Shown piece after piece: positions 34,890 through 48,362 of a stretch of DNA of 64,000 nt (positions within the stretch are counted from its first letter, which is position 1; the number at the start of each line of letters is the position of its first letter). Both the position numbers and the translations under genes were made by a program. This DNA is from Eledone cirrhosa. Lineage: Eukaryota. Location: the NCBI GenBank assembly GCA_964016885.1, contig OZ024740.1, positions 326,678,001 through 326,742,000 of the forward strand, in the 5' to 3' direction. The notes under the pieces are model-generated. The model made no database searches. It was not told where the DNA came from and saw only the letters and a program-made list of their open reading frames with translations.

Positions 34890-37800
34890 TAAATAAAAAG
34901 TCAAATGATTAAAATTTAGCTTCGTTTATTACTGCTATATATATTTCAGTGACAGCCATCTTTGGCTGTGACCTCTTCAGGCAGTTTGAATTAGTATGGT
35001 ATAGACAAGTACATATGTTGTTGAGGTGCATAATATTGTCAATACTCTGATATGCCCAGTTCCTGGTTGGGTTGTTAATTCACTGAGGAACTGGAATCAT
35101 ATGAATTCAAACAAACGAATTTCAGTGTCAAATGTCCTCTTCTCCTCTCATTGGTCAGTTATTAGAACATTCCTCATTCTAAGTGTTGTTATTGTTGGAG
35201 TTAGCTTAAAAAATTGATAAAATGGTAGAAGGGACAAGGTGTTAAAGGAACAAAATAACAAAAAAAGTGTCAAACTTCCCATTGGTCAGTTCTGAGAGCA
35301 TTCCTCAGTCAGAAGTCTATAGAATTCTTTCTGGGGGTGAGGCTCCCTGTAATGTTTTTGTTTGCTATTGTTAAGTACATTTGACCTCTACCATTATTTT
35401 GGTAGTGTTGTTGGTGTTGTGGTCAGCTTATATCTTGCTGCTGCTAACAATTTAGAAGTATCCAGTGTGTGTTTTTTCTTCATCCCTCCTGCCACCATCT
35501 CTCATAGTGGTGGTGGAGGGGGGGGGGTCTTCCATGTATATGAAGAAATATAAGGCAATAAATGAAGAAAACAGAAAATAAATAAATAATATAAAATAAT
35601 TAATATAATTTGTATAATTTGAAAATAAATAAATAAATAGAGAATAAAGAATAAAGAATAAATGAAAAATTGGTGAAAAAGTAATGAAAATGAATATGGA
35701 GAAGTGAAAAATAATGTAGGATAAAGTGTGTGTGTGCTATAACCAATCTCAAGGTCAGAAATATGTTGGATAGATTGGTATGAGGACAAGATGTTAAGAT
35801 TAAGATAATCAAACTAAAAGTGTTTGTGTTATAATCAATCTCAACTTTAAAATAAATATAAGCTGATACAGTGAAGAGGGCAGAAAACAAATAACAAATT
35901 AATAAAGAGAAATCAAGATTTAAAATTGGAACTTGAAAATCAGAAATCTAGTAAATTAAAAAGTATTTGTGTTATATAGATGTTGGCCAAATTATAATGG
36001 CTGTGTCCGATTCTATCTCTAGGCTATCATGGTGTCTGCTCAGCCTGGGTTGTTCCCTATGGCTTGAGGGGAGTTCACAACCTAGGGTGTTGTTACTGCC
36101 CATATAGCTTGAGGGAGGTCTGGCCGAGAGGTGTTTTCATGTTCTGTAGAAGTCCCTATAGCTTGAGGGGAGTTCACATCTTCTTGTGTTGCTACTGTCC
36201 ATATATCTTGAGAAAGGTCCCGGCTCTAAGGTGTCTGCATGTCCCGAAGAAATCGGTTCTGAGGTTTATCAGACCGCTTCCACCTCTTAGTATCTCGAGG
36301 GTCTCGTTCAGGCATAGTTTGCATATGCAAGATCCCCCTTTATCGGGTGGTACTTTCCTGATTATGTACCAGGCCAGAGAGTATGGGGTCCTGTCCAGCT
36401 TAAGCTTCCAGATCAGGTCGGAGAGAGCTGTGCTTTTCCTTTTGGCCTCCTTCTTGAATGAATGGCGATGGTTGTACCAGCGGTCTTTAAAGCTCGTTGA
36501 TGTGGCTCCTATGTAGAGGTGTTCGGAGTTGGGGGTTTTAAACCTACAACCGTATACTAGGTTCTTCTTGAGGCATTCATTACCAAGGGGGCATGATTCG
36601 GGGTTTCTGCAGTTGCAGAGGGTGGTCGGCCTCTGCGTGCCTAGATTAGGGTTCCCGTAATGTGTTACATGTTGGTCTTCCCCCGGGCTCGGTGGGGGGG
36701 TCCTCGGGTCTGTTTTCGTTTCTTGGGTGGGCTCTGGGTCCCCCCCCTTCCCTCCTTTCACATGGTTCTGCTGAGTGTTTGTATTGCCATATTCTGGTTG
36801 TGTGTGGTTTTTAAGCCTACTTCTGTTGATGCTAGCTATGTGTTAGGCCAAATTTCTCGTGGTGGAATATGAGAGCTTCACAGTGTGTCTGTTGAAGATC
36901 CTGTGGTATCTGTGGTCCCTCGGGAAGCATTTGTCAAGTGCTCCAAAGAATTATCGGGCCAAGCTTTTCTTTAGGGCCGCTGAGTAGGGTGGGTTGTACC
37001 GCGTGATTTTTCGGTGTCTCCTCCTATATGTGTGGGTCGGGAGCGTCGTGATTTGTTGGAGATTTGTTGGGTTGCTGGTGGTTTCCGCACTGTTGCTTCC
37101 CCTTTGGGCTCTATGCTTTTTGTTATCTTCGCGGCCCGAATTTGTGGGGTGGTCGTTGTCCGCCCCGGGAGATCCATCGTGGGGTGGTCGCTCGTTTCCT
37201 CCCCCACCCCTACGTGTCCTGAGGTTGGGGTCGTCTATCCTGGGGTGGTTAGCGTCACGCCTGAGACTGCTACTCATATTGTGCTCCATCTCGTGGTCAA
37301 GCGCACTAGTCCCCACCGCCCGTGTGGGGTGTCGGGCACATGGTGCCTATTTGATTCTGCTCTGCCTGTATTGTTAGGATTCGCCCCCCCCCGGGCAACG
37401 CGGTTGTGGGTGTCTGTTGGGCTATCCCCATCTCGGCTTTTCGGACTATATGTTATATTTTGGCCATGTGCCGCCTTCTTTAGAGCTGCGTTGTAATATT
37501 CCGCGTGGTTATTGAATATTTCCTTACTTGCGGACAGGCTGGAGATCCTGTCCGAGACACTCTTCACCACTGCCTTGGTTATGGATCTAGGGTGGTTTGA
37601 TTTGGCGTTAACATATACGAGTTTCTCGTTGGGCTTGTGGTAGGGGTAGTATTGCTCAGTGTTCAGGTTTAGGGTGGTGTCTAGGAAGTTAACTACATTC
37701 CTATTTGGGTCTATTTCTATGCTGAGCCCCTGGTTCTTAAAGAAATGGCGAATACGCCTCCTCATACCCTCCAACATATTGGTGCTGTGGTCATATACTG

Positions 37801-38052
37801 TGAATAGAGCATCGTCACGATATAATCCGCCGCCCAGGCAGGGGATTTCATCTTTTATCTGCTTCAGCAGGTAGAGCCCAACCAGGTCCGTTACCTGCTC
37901 TGAGTCGCTGGAGCCCATCGTGATGTCAAAGTTATTTGGCCAATCACTCCTGGTCCAAAGGTCTCCATCGAAGCGGATTAAGGTCTTTCTTGCGGCGTGG
38001 ATGATGCTCACCTCCTCTCGGGTTAGGTCCGTATTGGACATCGCTAAAAATA
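34885..38052 (-). mobile_element. Inverted second copy of element A (matching 27984-31157)
   Basis: Near-identical reverse complement with few SNPs and homopolymer differences. Confidence 0.93.
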
Positions 38053-38063
38053 TATATATATAT

Positions 38064-41000
38064 AAATTGGAATAAATGCTCTGAAATAGCGATATATATG
38101 TGAATATAGACATAGAATATTCGAAAATATTCTGTATGTTTATAATAAACATTTTGAAGACCTAATCGCTATAGAATAGAATACGTCACGTATTACAATT
38201 AGATTCTCGACAAAAGCAAGGGAAGTAAATCTACGCGTTTCATTCTCGTTAGAAATCGTCAGGACTACATATCCAGTGCTTTTATCGAGAATGACACAGC
38301 TAGAGACTTATAGAATACTTAGCCGTGTACAGGAACTGGTTTGAAAGAGCGGTTGCCGGTCCGGCAGAAATTAGAAATTGGAATAAATGCTCTGAAATAG
38401 CGATATATATGTGAATATAGACATAGAATATTCGAAAATATTCTGTATGTTTATAATAAACATTTTGAAGACCTAATCGCTATAGAATAGAATACGTCAC
38501 GTATTACAATTAGATTCTCGACAAAAGCAAGGGAAGTAAATCTACGCGTTTCATTCTCGTTAGAAATCGTCAGGACTACATATCCAGTGCTTTTATCGAG
38601 AATGACACAGCTAGAGACTTATAGAATACTTAGCCGTGTACAGGAACTGGTTTGAAAGAGCGGTTGCCGGTCCGGCAGAAATTAGAAATTGGAATAAATG
38701 CTCTGAAATAGCGATATATATGTGAATATAGACATAGAATATTCGAAAATATTCTGTATGTTTATAATAAACATTTTGAAGACCTAATCGCTATAGAATA
38801 GAATACGTCACGTATTACAATTAGATTCTCGACAAAAGCAAGGGAAGTAAATCTACGCGTTTCATTCTCGTTAGAAATCGTCAGGACTACATATCCAGTG
38901 CTTTTATCGAGAATGACACAGCTAGAGACTTATAGAATACTTAGCCGTGTACAGGAACTGGTTTGAAAGAGCGGTTGCCGGTCCGGCAGAAATTAGAAAT
39001 TGGAATAAATGCTCTGAAATAGCGATATATATGTGAATATAGACATAGAATATTCGAAAATATTCTGTATGTTTATAATAAACATTTTGAAGACCTAATC
39101 GCTATAGAATAGAATACGTCACGTATTACAATTAGATTCTCGACAAAAGCAAGGGAAGTAAATCTACGCGTTTCATTCTCGTTAGAAATCGTCAGGACTA
39201 CATATCCAGTGCTTTTATCGAGAATGACACAGCTAGAGACTTATAGAATACTTAGCCGTGTACAGGAACTGGTTTGAAAGAGCGGTTGCCGGTCCGGCAG
39301 AAATTAGAAATTGGAATAAATGCTCTGAAATAGCGATATATATGTGAATATAGACATAGAATATTCGAAAATATTCTGTATGTTTATAATAAACATTTTG
39401 AAGACCTAATCGCTATAGAATAGAATACGTCACGTATTACAATTAGATTCTCGACAAAAGCAAGGGAAGTAAATCTACGCGTTTCATTCTCGTTAGAAAT
39501 CGTCAGGACTACATATCCAGTGCTTTTATCGAGAATGACACAGCTAGAGACTTATAGAATACTTAGCCGTGTACAGGAACTGGTTTGAAAGAGCGGTTGC
39601 CGGTCCGGCAGAAATTAGAAATTGGAATAAATGCTCTGAAATAGCGATATATATGTGAATATAGACATAGAATATTCGAAAATATTCTGTATGTTTATAA
39701 TAAACATTTTGAAGACCTAATCGCTATAGAATAGAATACGTCACGTATTACAATTAGATTCTCGACAAAAGCAAGGGAAGTAAATCTACGCGTTTCATTC
39801 TCGTTAGAAATCGTCAGGACTACATATCCAGTGCTTTTATCGAGAATGACACAGCTAGAGACTTATAGAATACTTAGCCGTGTACAGGAACTGGTTTGAA
39901 AGAGCGGTTGCCGGTCCGGCAGAAATTAGAAATTGGAATAAATGCTCTGAAATAGCGATATATATGTGAATATAGACATAGAATATTCGAAAATATTCTG
40001 TATGTTTATAATAAACATTTTGAAGACCTAATCGCTATAGAATAGAATACGTCACGTATTACAATTAGATTCTCGACAAAAGCAAGGGAAGTAAATCTAC
40101 GCGTTTCATTCTCGTTAGAAATCGTCAGGACTACATATCCAGTGCTTTTATCGAGAATGACACAGCTAGAGACTTATAGAATACTTAGCCGTGTACAGGA
40201 ACTGGTTTGAAAGAGCGGTTGCCGGTCCGGCAGAAATTAGAAATTGGAATAAATGCTCTGAAATAGCGATATATATGTGAATATAGACATAGAATATTCG
40301 AAAATATTCTGTATGTTTATAATAAACATTTTGAAGACCTAATCGCTATAGAATAGAATACGTCACGTATTACAATTAGATTCTCGACAAAAGCAAGGGA
40401 AGTAAATCTACGCGTTTCATTCTCGTTAGAAATCGTCAGGACTACATATCCAGTGCTTTTATCGAGAATGACACAGCTAGAGACTTATAGAATACTTAGC
40501 CGTGTACAGGAACTGGTTTGAAAGAGCGGTTGCCGGTCCGGCAGAAATTAGAAATTGGAATAAATGCTCTGAAATAGCGATATATATGTGAATATAGACA
40601 TAGAATATTCGAAAATATTCTGTATGTTTATAATAAACATTTTGAAGACCTAATCGCTATAGAATAGAATACGTCACGTATTACAATTAGATTCTCGACA
40701 AAAGCAAGGGAAGTAAATCTACGCGTTTCATTCTCGTTAGAAATCGTCAGGACTACATATCCAGTGCTTTTATCGAGAATGACACAGCTAGAGACTTATA
40801 GAATACTTAGCCGTGTACAGGAACTGGTTTGAAAGAGCGGTTGCCGGTCCGGCAGAAATTAGAAATTGGAATAAATGCTCTGAAATAGCGATATATATGT
40901 GAATATAGACATAGAATATTCGAAAATATTCTGTATGTTTATAATAAACATTTTGAAGACCTAATCGCTATAGAATAGAATACGTCACGTATTACAATTA

Positions 41001-41531
41001 GATTCTCGACAAAAGCAAGGGAAGTAAATCTACGCGTTTCATTCTCGTTAGAAATCGTCAGGACTACATATCCTAACGAGAATGAAACGCGTAGATTTAC
41101 TTCCCTTGCTTTTGTCGAGAATCTAATTGTAATACGTGACGTATTCTATTCTATAGCGATTAGGTCTTCAAAATGTTTATTATAAACATACAGAATATTT
41201 TCGAATATTCTATGTCTATATTCACATATATATCGCTATTTCAGAGCATTTATTCCAATTTCTAATTTCTGCCGGACCGGCAACCGCTCTTTCAAACCAG
41301 TTCCTGTACACGGCTAAGTATTCTATAAGTCTCTAGCTGTGTCATTCTCGATAAAAGCACTGGATATGTAGTCCTGACGATTTCTAACGAGAATGAAACG
41401 CGTAGATTTACTTCCCTTGCTTTTGTCGAGAATCTAATTGTAATACGTGACGTATTCTATTCTATAGCGATTAGGTCTTCAAAATGTTTATTATAAACAT
41501 ACAGAATATTTTCGAATATTCTATGTCTATA

Positions 41532-41535
<4 letters not shown>
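38064..41535. mobile_element. Retrozyme-like array, 311-bp monomer x9.7 (HHR on -) plus inverted arm 41073-41535 (x1.5, HHR on +)
   Basis: Exact 311-bp period with apparently identical units. One HHR per unit. (TA)n on both sides. Confidence 0.92.
41370..41408 (+). ncRNA. Type I hammerhead ribozyme (10 minus-strand copies from 38228-38266, every 311 bp)
   Basis: agtc-CTGACGA-tttct aacg agaat-GAAA-cgcg-TA-gatt. Stem III ACGCGT is palindromic. Enclosed by the stem attctcgataaaagc/gcttttgtcgagaat. Confidence 0.88.
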
Positions 41536-41588
<53 letters not shown>

Positions 41589-41840
41589 TTGTGTGTGTGT
41601 GTGTGTCGGACTGCATGGAACAATTTATTGTCTGGATGGATCACGTACTAGTTACATAGAAATATAAAATTGATTCCTAACCTACGTGAACTTCGTAAAG
41701 TTTCAGTAATGTTAATGTTTCAAAAGTAGCATAAATCATATTTAACCTAACAGCATCAGCAGGTTAATAGGTTTTAAAGGTGAATTTGAATTCCATTGCC
41801 CGTTCTAGTAAAGTTAGAGCAACCTAAAGTAATAAAAATA

Positions 41841-42480
41841 GGCGGTGAATTGGCAGTATCGATAGAGAGTCGGACAACATATTTTGTGGCATATAGATAC
41901 GGCCCTTTAAGTTTTGCATTAGAATCCCGCCGATGTCAACTTTGCCTTTCATCCTTTCGTGGTCGATAAAATATTGTACCAGTCAAGTACTGGCGTCAAC
42001 TTTGCCCTTCATCCTTTCGCTGTCGATAAAATATTGTACCAGTCAAGTACTGGCGTCAACTTTGCCCTTCATCCTTTCGCTGTCGATAAAATATTGTACC
42101 AGTCAAGTACTGGCGTCAACTTTGCCTTTCATCCTTTCGTGGTCGATAAAATATTGTACCAGTCAAGTACTGGCGTCAACTTTGCCTTTCATCCTTTCGT
42201 GGTCGATAAAATATTGTACCAGTCAAGTACTGGCGTCAACTTTGCCTTTCATCCTTTCGCTGTCGATAAAATATTGTACCAGTCAAGTACTGGCGTCAAC
42301 TTTGCCTTTCATCCTTTCGTGGTCGATAAAATATTGTACCAGTCAAGTACTGGCGTCAACTTTGCATTCCGTCTTTTGTTGGGCGATAAAATACTGTACC
42401 AGTCAAGACTGGGGTCAACTTTACATTTCATCCTTTCTTGGGCGATAATACATTGTAGCAGTCAAGTGCTGTTGTCGATG
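41841..42480 (+). mobile_element. tRNA-derived SINE whose core is expanded into a 60-bp minisatellite (~8.5 units, 41935-42455)
   Basis: Head GGCGGTGAATTGGCAG. The unit gtcaactttgcctttcatcctttcgtggtcgataaaatattgtaccagtcaagtactggc matches the core of the single-copy SINEs at 44678 and 62808. Confidence 0.8.
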
Positions 42481-43289
42481 TAATCGACTTTCCCCGTACC
42501 CCTAAATTACTGACCTTGTGCCAAATGAAAAAATAATTATTAGAGAAGTCCTAACTAGTCACGTATTGTGTGTAGGAAGTTGTGCAAACACAGTTTGAAG
42601 GAGTTCAGATATTTTGGAAATGATGTTGAACAAAGGGGGTATAATTAAAATGAAACATTGTAGCATAACATATTTGCATATTGCGAGTGAAGAAAGATAA
42701 CGCAGGACAGTTAATGTGATTTATAACAACCCATGCAAACATCAATTGATAATATATTTTCAACATTATAAAATATATAGCATATATCTTCAATATTGTG
42801 ATGCGCCATTTTGTGAAGAATTCTGAAAAAAAAATACCTGCTTAAAACCAGTTGTTTGTCTTAAATATTTTAATCTAAAATCATTTTTCCCCTTCAAATT
42901 AATGAGAAAGTTATCAGAGTACCTCACAGAGCTCGTATTTTCTTCTTCTTCTTCTTGAGAGAGCCGTAGGGACACAGTCCCCACTCCTTCCAGCGGGCCC
43001 TGTCAGAAGCAAACATTAATTCCCGAACTGACGGTACACTGCATCTTTGAGCAAAATACTTTAGTTCACGTTACACAAGCGCACTCAGCTGTACATGTAT
43101 TTCAAGGAGTCAGCCTTGTCACACTGACTCTTCAAGATTCCCGAGAACTAGTTTAAGGGTGCGTGTATCTGTGGAATACTCAGCCGGTTACACAATATTG
43201 TCACGAGTAGACGGTTCCGTTGTTCAAACTACTGAATCACTCGTCGAAATTGACGAAGGTCCAACACACACACGTGTCTCTCTCTCTCC

Positions 43290-43387
<98 letters not shown>

Positions 43388-43583
43388 AAAGTTATATTTA
43401 AATTGTTGGGTTACAACTAGTAAATATTTATAACTGATATAAAAGCACTCAACAAGTATTTGGAGTATATTTACGATATTAAATAAATGGAAACTATATT
43501 TATAAAACCATATTTATTTCATTATATATATTTCAGGGATATCATATTAACAAATCTATTTATCTATAAAACTGTCTATATTG

Positions 43584-43649
43584 TATTTTGTCTGAGGAAG
43601 GCATAACATATTGTTAATATGATATCCCTGAAATATATATAATGAAATA
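43584..43649 (+). ncRNA. Type I hammerhead ribozyme in a short inverted pLTR-like element (~43420-43690)
   Basis: tattttgt-CTGAGGA-[stem II]-GAAA-tatata-TA-atgaaata. ~43475-43553 is inverted relative to ~43610-43690. Confidence 0.8.
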
Positions 43650-43689
43650 AATATGGTTTTATAAATATAGTTTCCATTTATTTAATATC

Positions 43690-43765
<76 letters not shown>

Positions 43766-44069
43766 GTATAATATGTAGGTTCTCGTGTTGTATCGGAGGT
43801 AACTGAAGTTGGAAAAAGTACTCAACATATAGGCATTTAAAATTTTTATATAGAAATGACTTCTACATGACCAGAACTGTTTCATTCGTATGAAATCACC
43901 AGGAAAGTATACATACATATACGCGCACATATGCATACACACACACACACACACACATACACACACTCTCACACACACAAGCACATATTGTTGCCATGTT
44001 AGTACTACTCCTAATTTATCTTAAATGGTCAACTTCGCACTATATGCAAATGAGCATCTACCACTGATG

Positions 44070-44460
44070 TTTCATATGAAAAATAATATGTAAGCTATAA
44101 TTTATTCTTGTCTCAGTACCGAGTGATTAAACGTCCCTGATGATGGATAAACATCTAGAAACATGTATCTGATGTTTTCACATGGCTACTGAAATAACTG
44201 TTACATGATCATAGGTTAGAATATCCATAGCGAGACTCTTGTATATGTTTATTATACATAAACATATCGTATATGCCGATGTTTCATGTACAAAAATCGT
44301 GTCTCACTACCGAGTAAGTAAACATCTCCGATGACGGATAAACATCCAGAAACACGTGTCTGATCTTTCTCACCAGTGACATGATAAGAGCTTAAAATGT
44401 TCATAACTTGACTCTTATACGTGTATCATACATAAGCATATCGCATAAGCCTTCATATAC
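44070..44460 (+). repeat. Degenerate ~190-bp dimer with HHR-like cores
   Basis: CTGATGA-tgga taaaca tcta-GAAA-catg-TA at 44137, and CCGATGA...GAAACACGT at ~44328. Confidence 0.6.
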
Positions 44461-44490
44461 AACTCTATTATATATATATATATATATAGT

Positions 44491-44539
44491 ACACCCTTGA
44501 AAAGGCTTGTCGAAATCGCTAGGCCTCACGATCGGGGGT
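44491..44539 (+). ncRNA. Hammerhead ribozyme, U3-A8 variant
   Basis: acaccc-TTGAAAA-ggc tt gtc-GAAA-tcg..cga-TC-gggggt. Confidence 0.65.
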
Positions 44540-44677
44540 TTGCTTCTATTTCCTCCTAAATGGGATTCTATTAAGACTTATATAGGTTTGATTACTTCCT
44601 AAGAAGTTGTATCCAGCGGGGCATTATTTCCTCAACGGTTGATGATCAAGTACATCTATCGTGCATGAGAAAACATT

Positions 44678-44866
44678 GGCGGTGGATTGGCAGTATAGGT
44701 AGAGGGTCGGACGCCATGATTTAACGCATAGAGTTACGGCCCTTTCCATTCTGAGTTCAAATCCCGCCGAGGTTAACTTTGCCGTTCATCCTTACGGGGT
44801 TGATAAAATAAAGTACCAGTAATGCACTGGGTAATTGCTGGCCATGTACCAAAAGTAGAAACAATT
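44678..44866 (+). mobile_element. tRNA-derived SINE
   Basis: A-box-like TGGCAGTATAGG, B-box GAGTTCAAATCC, core CATCCTTACGGGGTTGATAAAATAAAGTACCAG (resembles the Meta-SINE domain from memory). Confidence 0.75.
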
Positions 44867-45959
44867 ATTAAAGTTTTTGAAAGTTAAATTTAGTTGACAC
44901 TTGTCCCGCTTCCTTAGAGCTCCAACTACATTCAATCCTTATTGCAATTCTTTGCACATAATTCCCCGTGACAGTCAATAAACTGTTATATTTTGAATGC
45001 AGCTAACCCCTCGCAGCTGTTGGTGTAGCACCACGTCTTAAATGCATTTGAATTTGGTTCGATCAAGAATTTCATCTTTTGTAGCAATATCCTGCCATCA
45101 TATGTGTAAGATGGTTCGTAATTTGGTTTTATGGAAGTGCTCCAAACATTTTATGTCTTTTCAATAAAACATCCATAATTCACATCCTAACAAGAGAATT
45201 ACAAACCATCCGATCTTGATTGCATTGAAATTGAAAACTCTTTTTGCAAAGTTTCTCAAAAAGCAACACATACAAGACAGAAGCACGTTAAAACTTTTTC
45301 CAATAAAATAACTTTCATATTGTAATTACTTCTCATATAACATAAAGCATTAATTCGATCAACGGCGGCATCTTGAATGTGAATTCAAAACGGGTGCGTT
45401 TCTATTCCAAGCAAAAATTTCCCAAGAACTTTGTTTATATTATAGGCTAAACCAAAACGTTCATAAGCGTAAATAATTATATAATTATATAAATATATAT
45501 ATATTAAGGTCAAATACCGAATCTTTGTTACTCTGGAGTTTCGCCTATTTACCACAGGGTAATCAGAAAATATATGACCCGCACTACCCCAAAACGGATG
45601 AATCCACGTGCTTCTCTCCAAAAAATGTTTTGCCGTTACTTCTTCTCATCCTCGTCTTTGTATTTCTTCTTATATTTCTATCTACCGATGAAGGACTAAC
45701 ACCCGAGACGTCATGACTCTTTTCCTACTATATCAAGCGTTAAACTAATATATAACTTCATTGTATTGTATCGTTTTCTTGTGTTGTTTATCCGTTTAAT
45801 TATCCTAATTTTTCGCATACATACACACACTCTCATACATACACACACCCATATATACACGCACACACATATACACATATATATATATATATATATAGTT
45901 ATTTATTACATAATTAAGACATACAGATACACACATACATGCATATAAATAAATAAATA

Positions 45960-46020
<61 letters not shown>

Positions 46021-46279
46021 CAAATAACTTCCAACACATTTCTTTGACTTAAACCCTAAATGTGTTTTTATGTAAGTCTGTAGAGAAAATTCATTTTCAG
46101 TTATAGAGAAGCACATAAAGAATAAAAAAAAAGCAGCGCATATCAACAAACACAAGCGCATATGACCACAAATCTCCATCCCGATATAAACACGTATGTA
46201 ACAACAAACGCGTTCACACATACACATACATACAATCAATACATTGTACATCCTCAACAGACATGCTCAATATAAAATG

Positions 46280-46339
<60 letters not shown>

Positions 46340-46604
46340 AACAAACGTATACACACAAGCAAAACACAAGCAAACACACATGTAATAGAGAACATGCAAA
46401 AGTAGACGCACAAATATATATACAAAATGTAAGACTTAGCCACAGAGATCAAAGGGATTGAGAGAATATCTTAGTGGTCGGTCGATCTGCTAGAAATATC
46501 AGCCAGATCCCCTCAAATCACACACTTCTGTCATAAACAGAGATAGTCTGACCAATATAACTTCATATCCTATATACAAACAGATGGGTTGATAATGATT
46601 GTAA

Positions 46605-47135
46605 TCTACTTATATATATAACCAGCAATTTCTCTGTCTGTCTGTCCGACAGTGGAAACACGTGCGTAGAGAGAGAGTGAGAGTGAAAGAAAGAGACAGA
46701 CTACGAGAGGGGGATAGCGGGAGGGAGAGAGGGAGAGAGAGAGAGTGAATAGACGCTAAAACACGTGCGCGCGTGCGAATGTTTTTGCACACGCGTAGAG
46801 AGAGAGTGAGAATGAAAGAAAGAGACAGACTACAAGAGGGGGATAGCGGGAGGGAGAGAGGGGGGAATTGAGGAGTGCTACAGAAACATATATACATTTC
46901 TGTGTGTGTGTAATATATATATATATACACATACAGAAATATATATATATACACACAGAAATATATATACATTTCTGTGTGTGTAATATATATATATATA
47001 CACACAGAAATATATATATACATTTCTGTGTGTGTAATATATATATATATACACACAGAAATATATATACATTTCTGTGTGTGTAATATATATATATTCT
47101 AGCAGAAAACCACCCGGTGGGTGGTTTTCTGCTAG
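46605..47135 (+). mobile_element. Putative non-autonomous Helitron
   Basis: A|TCTACTTATATATATAACC...ctgtctgtctgtc start; ends in a hairpin followed by ttctgCTAG. Confidence 0.55.
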
Positions 47136-47713
47136 TCTATATATATAAAACTGAGGATGTCTGTCTGTGTGTGTGTGAGTTTGAATCCCTAAAACTAGAG
47201 AAGCACCCAACCGACTGTTTTCAAACTTTACACATGTAATACTTATGTTTCAGGGAGTGTTCTGAGCGAATAAATTTTCAAATTTTCAATGCCCTAGAGA
47301 CCGCATTAGGCGATTTAGCGATCTCTCTCTATAATTCTTAGTCCTTATCTTTTTAGATAGATACATACATATAACGTCGCGCCCTTATAACATCTGTCTG
47401 TATGTCTGGCTGTCTGCATTACGTCACTTCCTACAATTCGACGCGCCCTTATAATATCTGTCTGTATGTCTGGCTGTCTGCTGCCTCCGGTTATTCACCA
47501 CCCTTGCTCAAGACAAATCTCACACTCATTCCCCAAACAGTTGGTAAGTGCACACAACTTCTTCCTCATGTTTTAAGCCACAGTGTTGCTTACTTACGTA
47601 CCACCAAACCCTTACTTCTTTGCCAGCCGTGGTTGTGGCAATACTAAGCTTAGCTAAGGCGGTTATATATTTCACAATACCTTATCCCGTGCGACGCCGG
47701 GTACCACTGCTAG
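47136..47713 (+). mobile_element. Non-autonomous Helitron, same family as 14047-15017
   Basis: TCTATATATATAAAACTGAGG ... CCCGTGCGACGCCGGG TACCACTGCTAG|T. Confidence 0.82.
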
Positions 47714-47985
47714 TGTCTGATAAGATGTCAGCTCAGTTAAGGTTACTTTAGGACTAAACAACCGCAAAATGTGATGATAGGACCAGTGATGGAGCCTGAT
47801 GGAGTTACACGAGTTGCTAGAAGTAACAGTGATATCTTTCTTAAATTCCACATCTAAATCACACTGTGCATAACAATTAAAAAGAAAGGACATAATTGAT
47901 AATGCAGTCTTGTCTTTATACACACTATACTTAGGTTTAACACACGTCCTGGTCTGAGGGGATCTGTCTTATCCTATCCTCCCCC

Positions 47986-48362
47986 TTCTTCTTCTTCTTC
48001 TTCTTCTTCTTCTTCTTCTTCTTCTTCTTCTTCTTCTTCTTCTTCTTCTTCTTCTTCTTCTTCTTCTTCTTCTTCTTCTTCTTCTTCTTCTTCTTCTTCT
48101 TCTTCTTCTTCTTCTTCTTCTTCTTCTTCTTCTTCTTCTTCTTCTTGAGAGGGTCGTGAGGGCTGAGTCCTCAAACACTCCTTCCAACGGGTTCTATCAG
48201 AAGCAACCATCTCCAACTGATTCGACTGGATCACCAAGCGAGACCAGCCAAGCTCATGGATGTTATCTAACTATCTTGCCCGGGGGTCTACGCCAGAGTC
48301 TCTTCCCAGTTGGTTTTGCCCGTAAAATCTGTCCAGCGATTCTTTCCTGTCTTATCCGATTT
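47986..48362 (-). mobile_element. RTE-clade LINE-derived 3' end with (GAA)n tail
   Basis: QILRAKPTGKR..RRPRARWLDNI..LGW...ASDRTRWKE followed by (GAA)n. Homologous to 61236-61510 and a stub at ~42944-43010. Confidence 0.75.

Noticed and set aside
38053-38152. N-terminus of the 292-aa RT ORF 37274..38152
   Set aside because: Chance fusion of the array and (TA)n to a truncated RT.
38064-42455. CRISPR-like arrays (311-bp and 60-bp repeats)
   Set aside because: No unique spacers, no cas genes, and the context is eukaryotic.
44678-44770. tRNA gene
   Set aside because: A/B boxes only, no cloverleaf; this is a SINE head.
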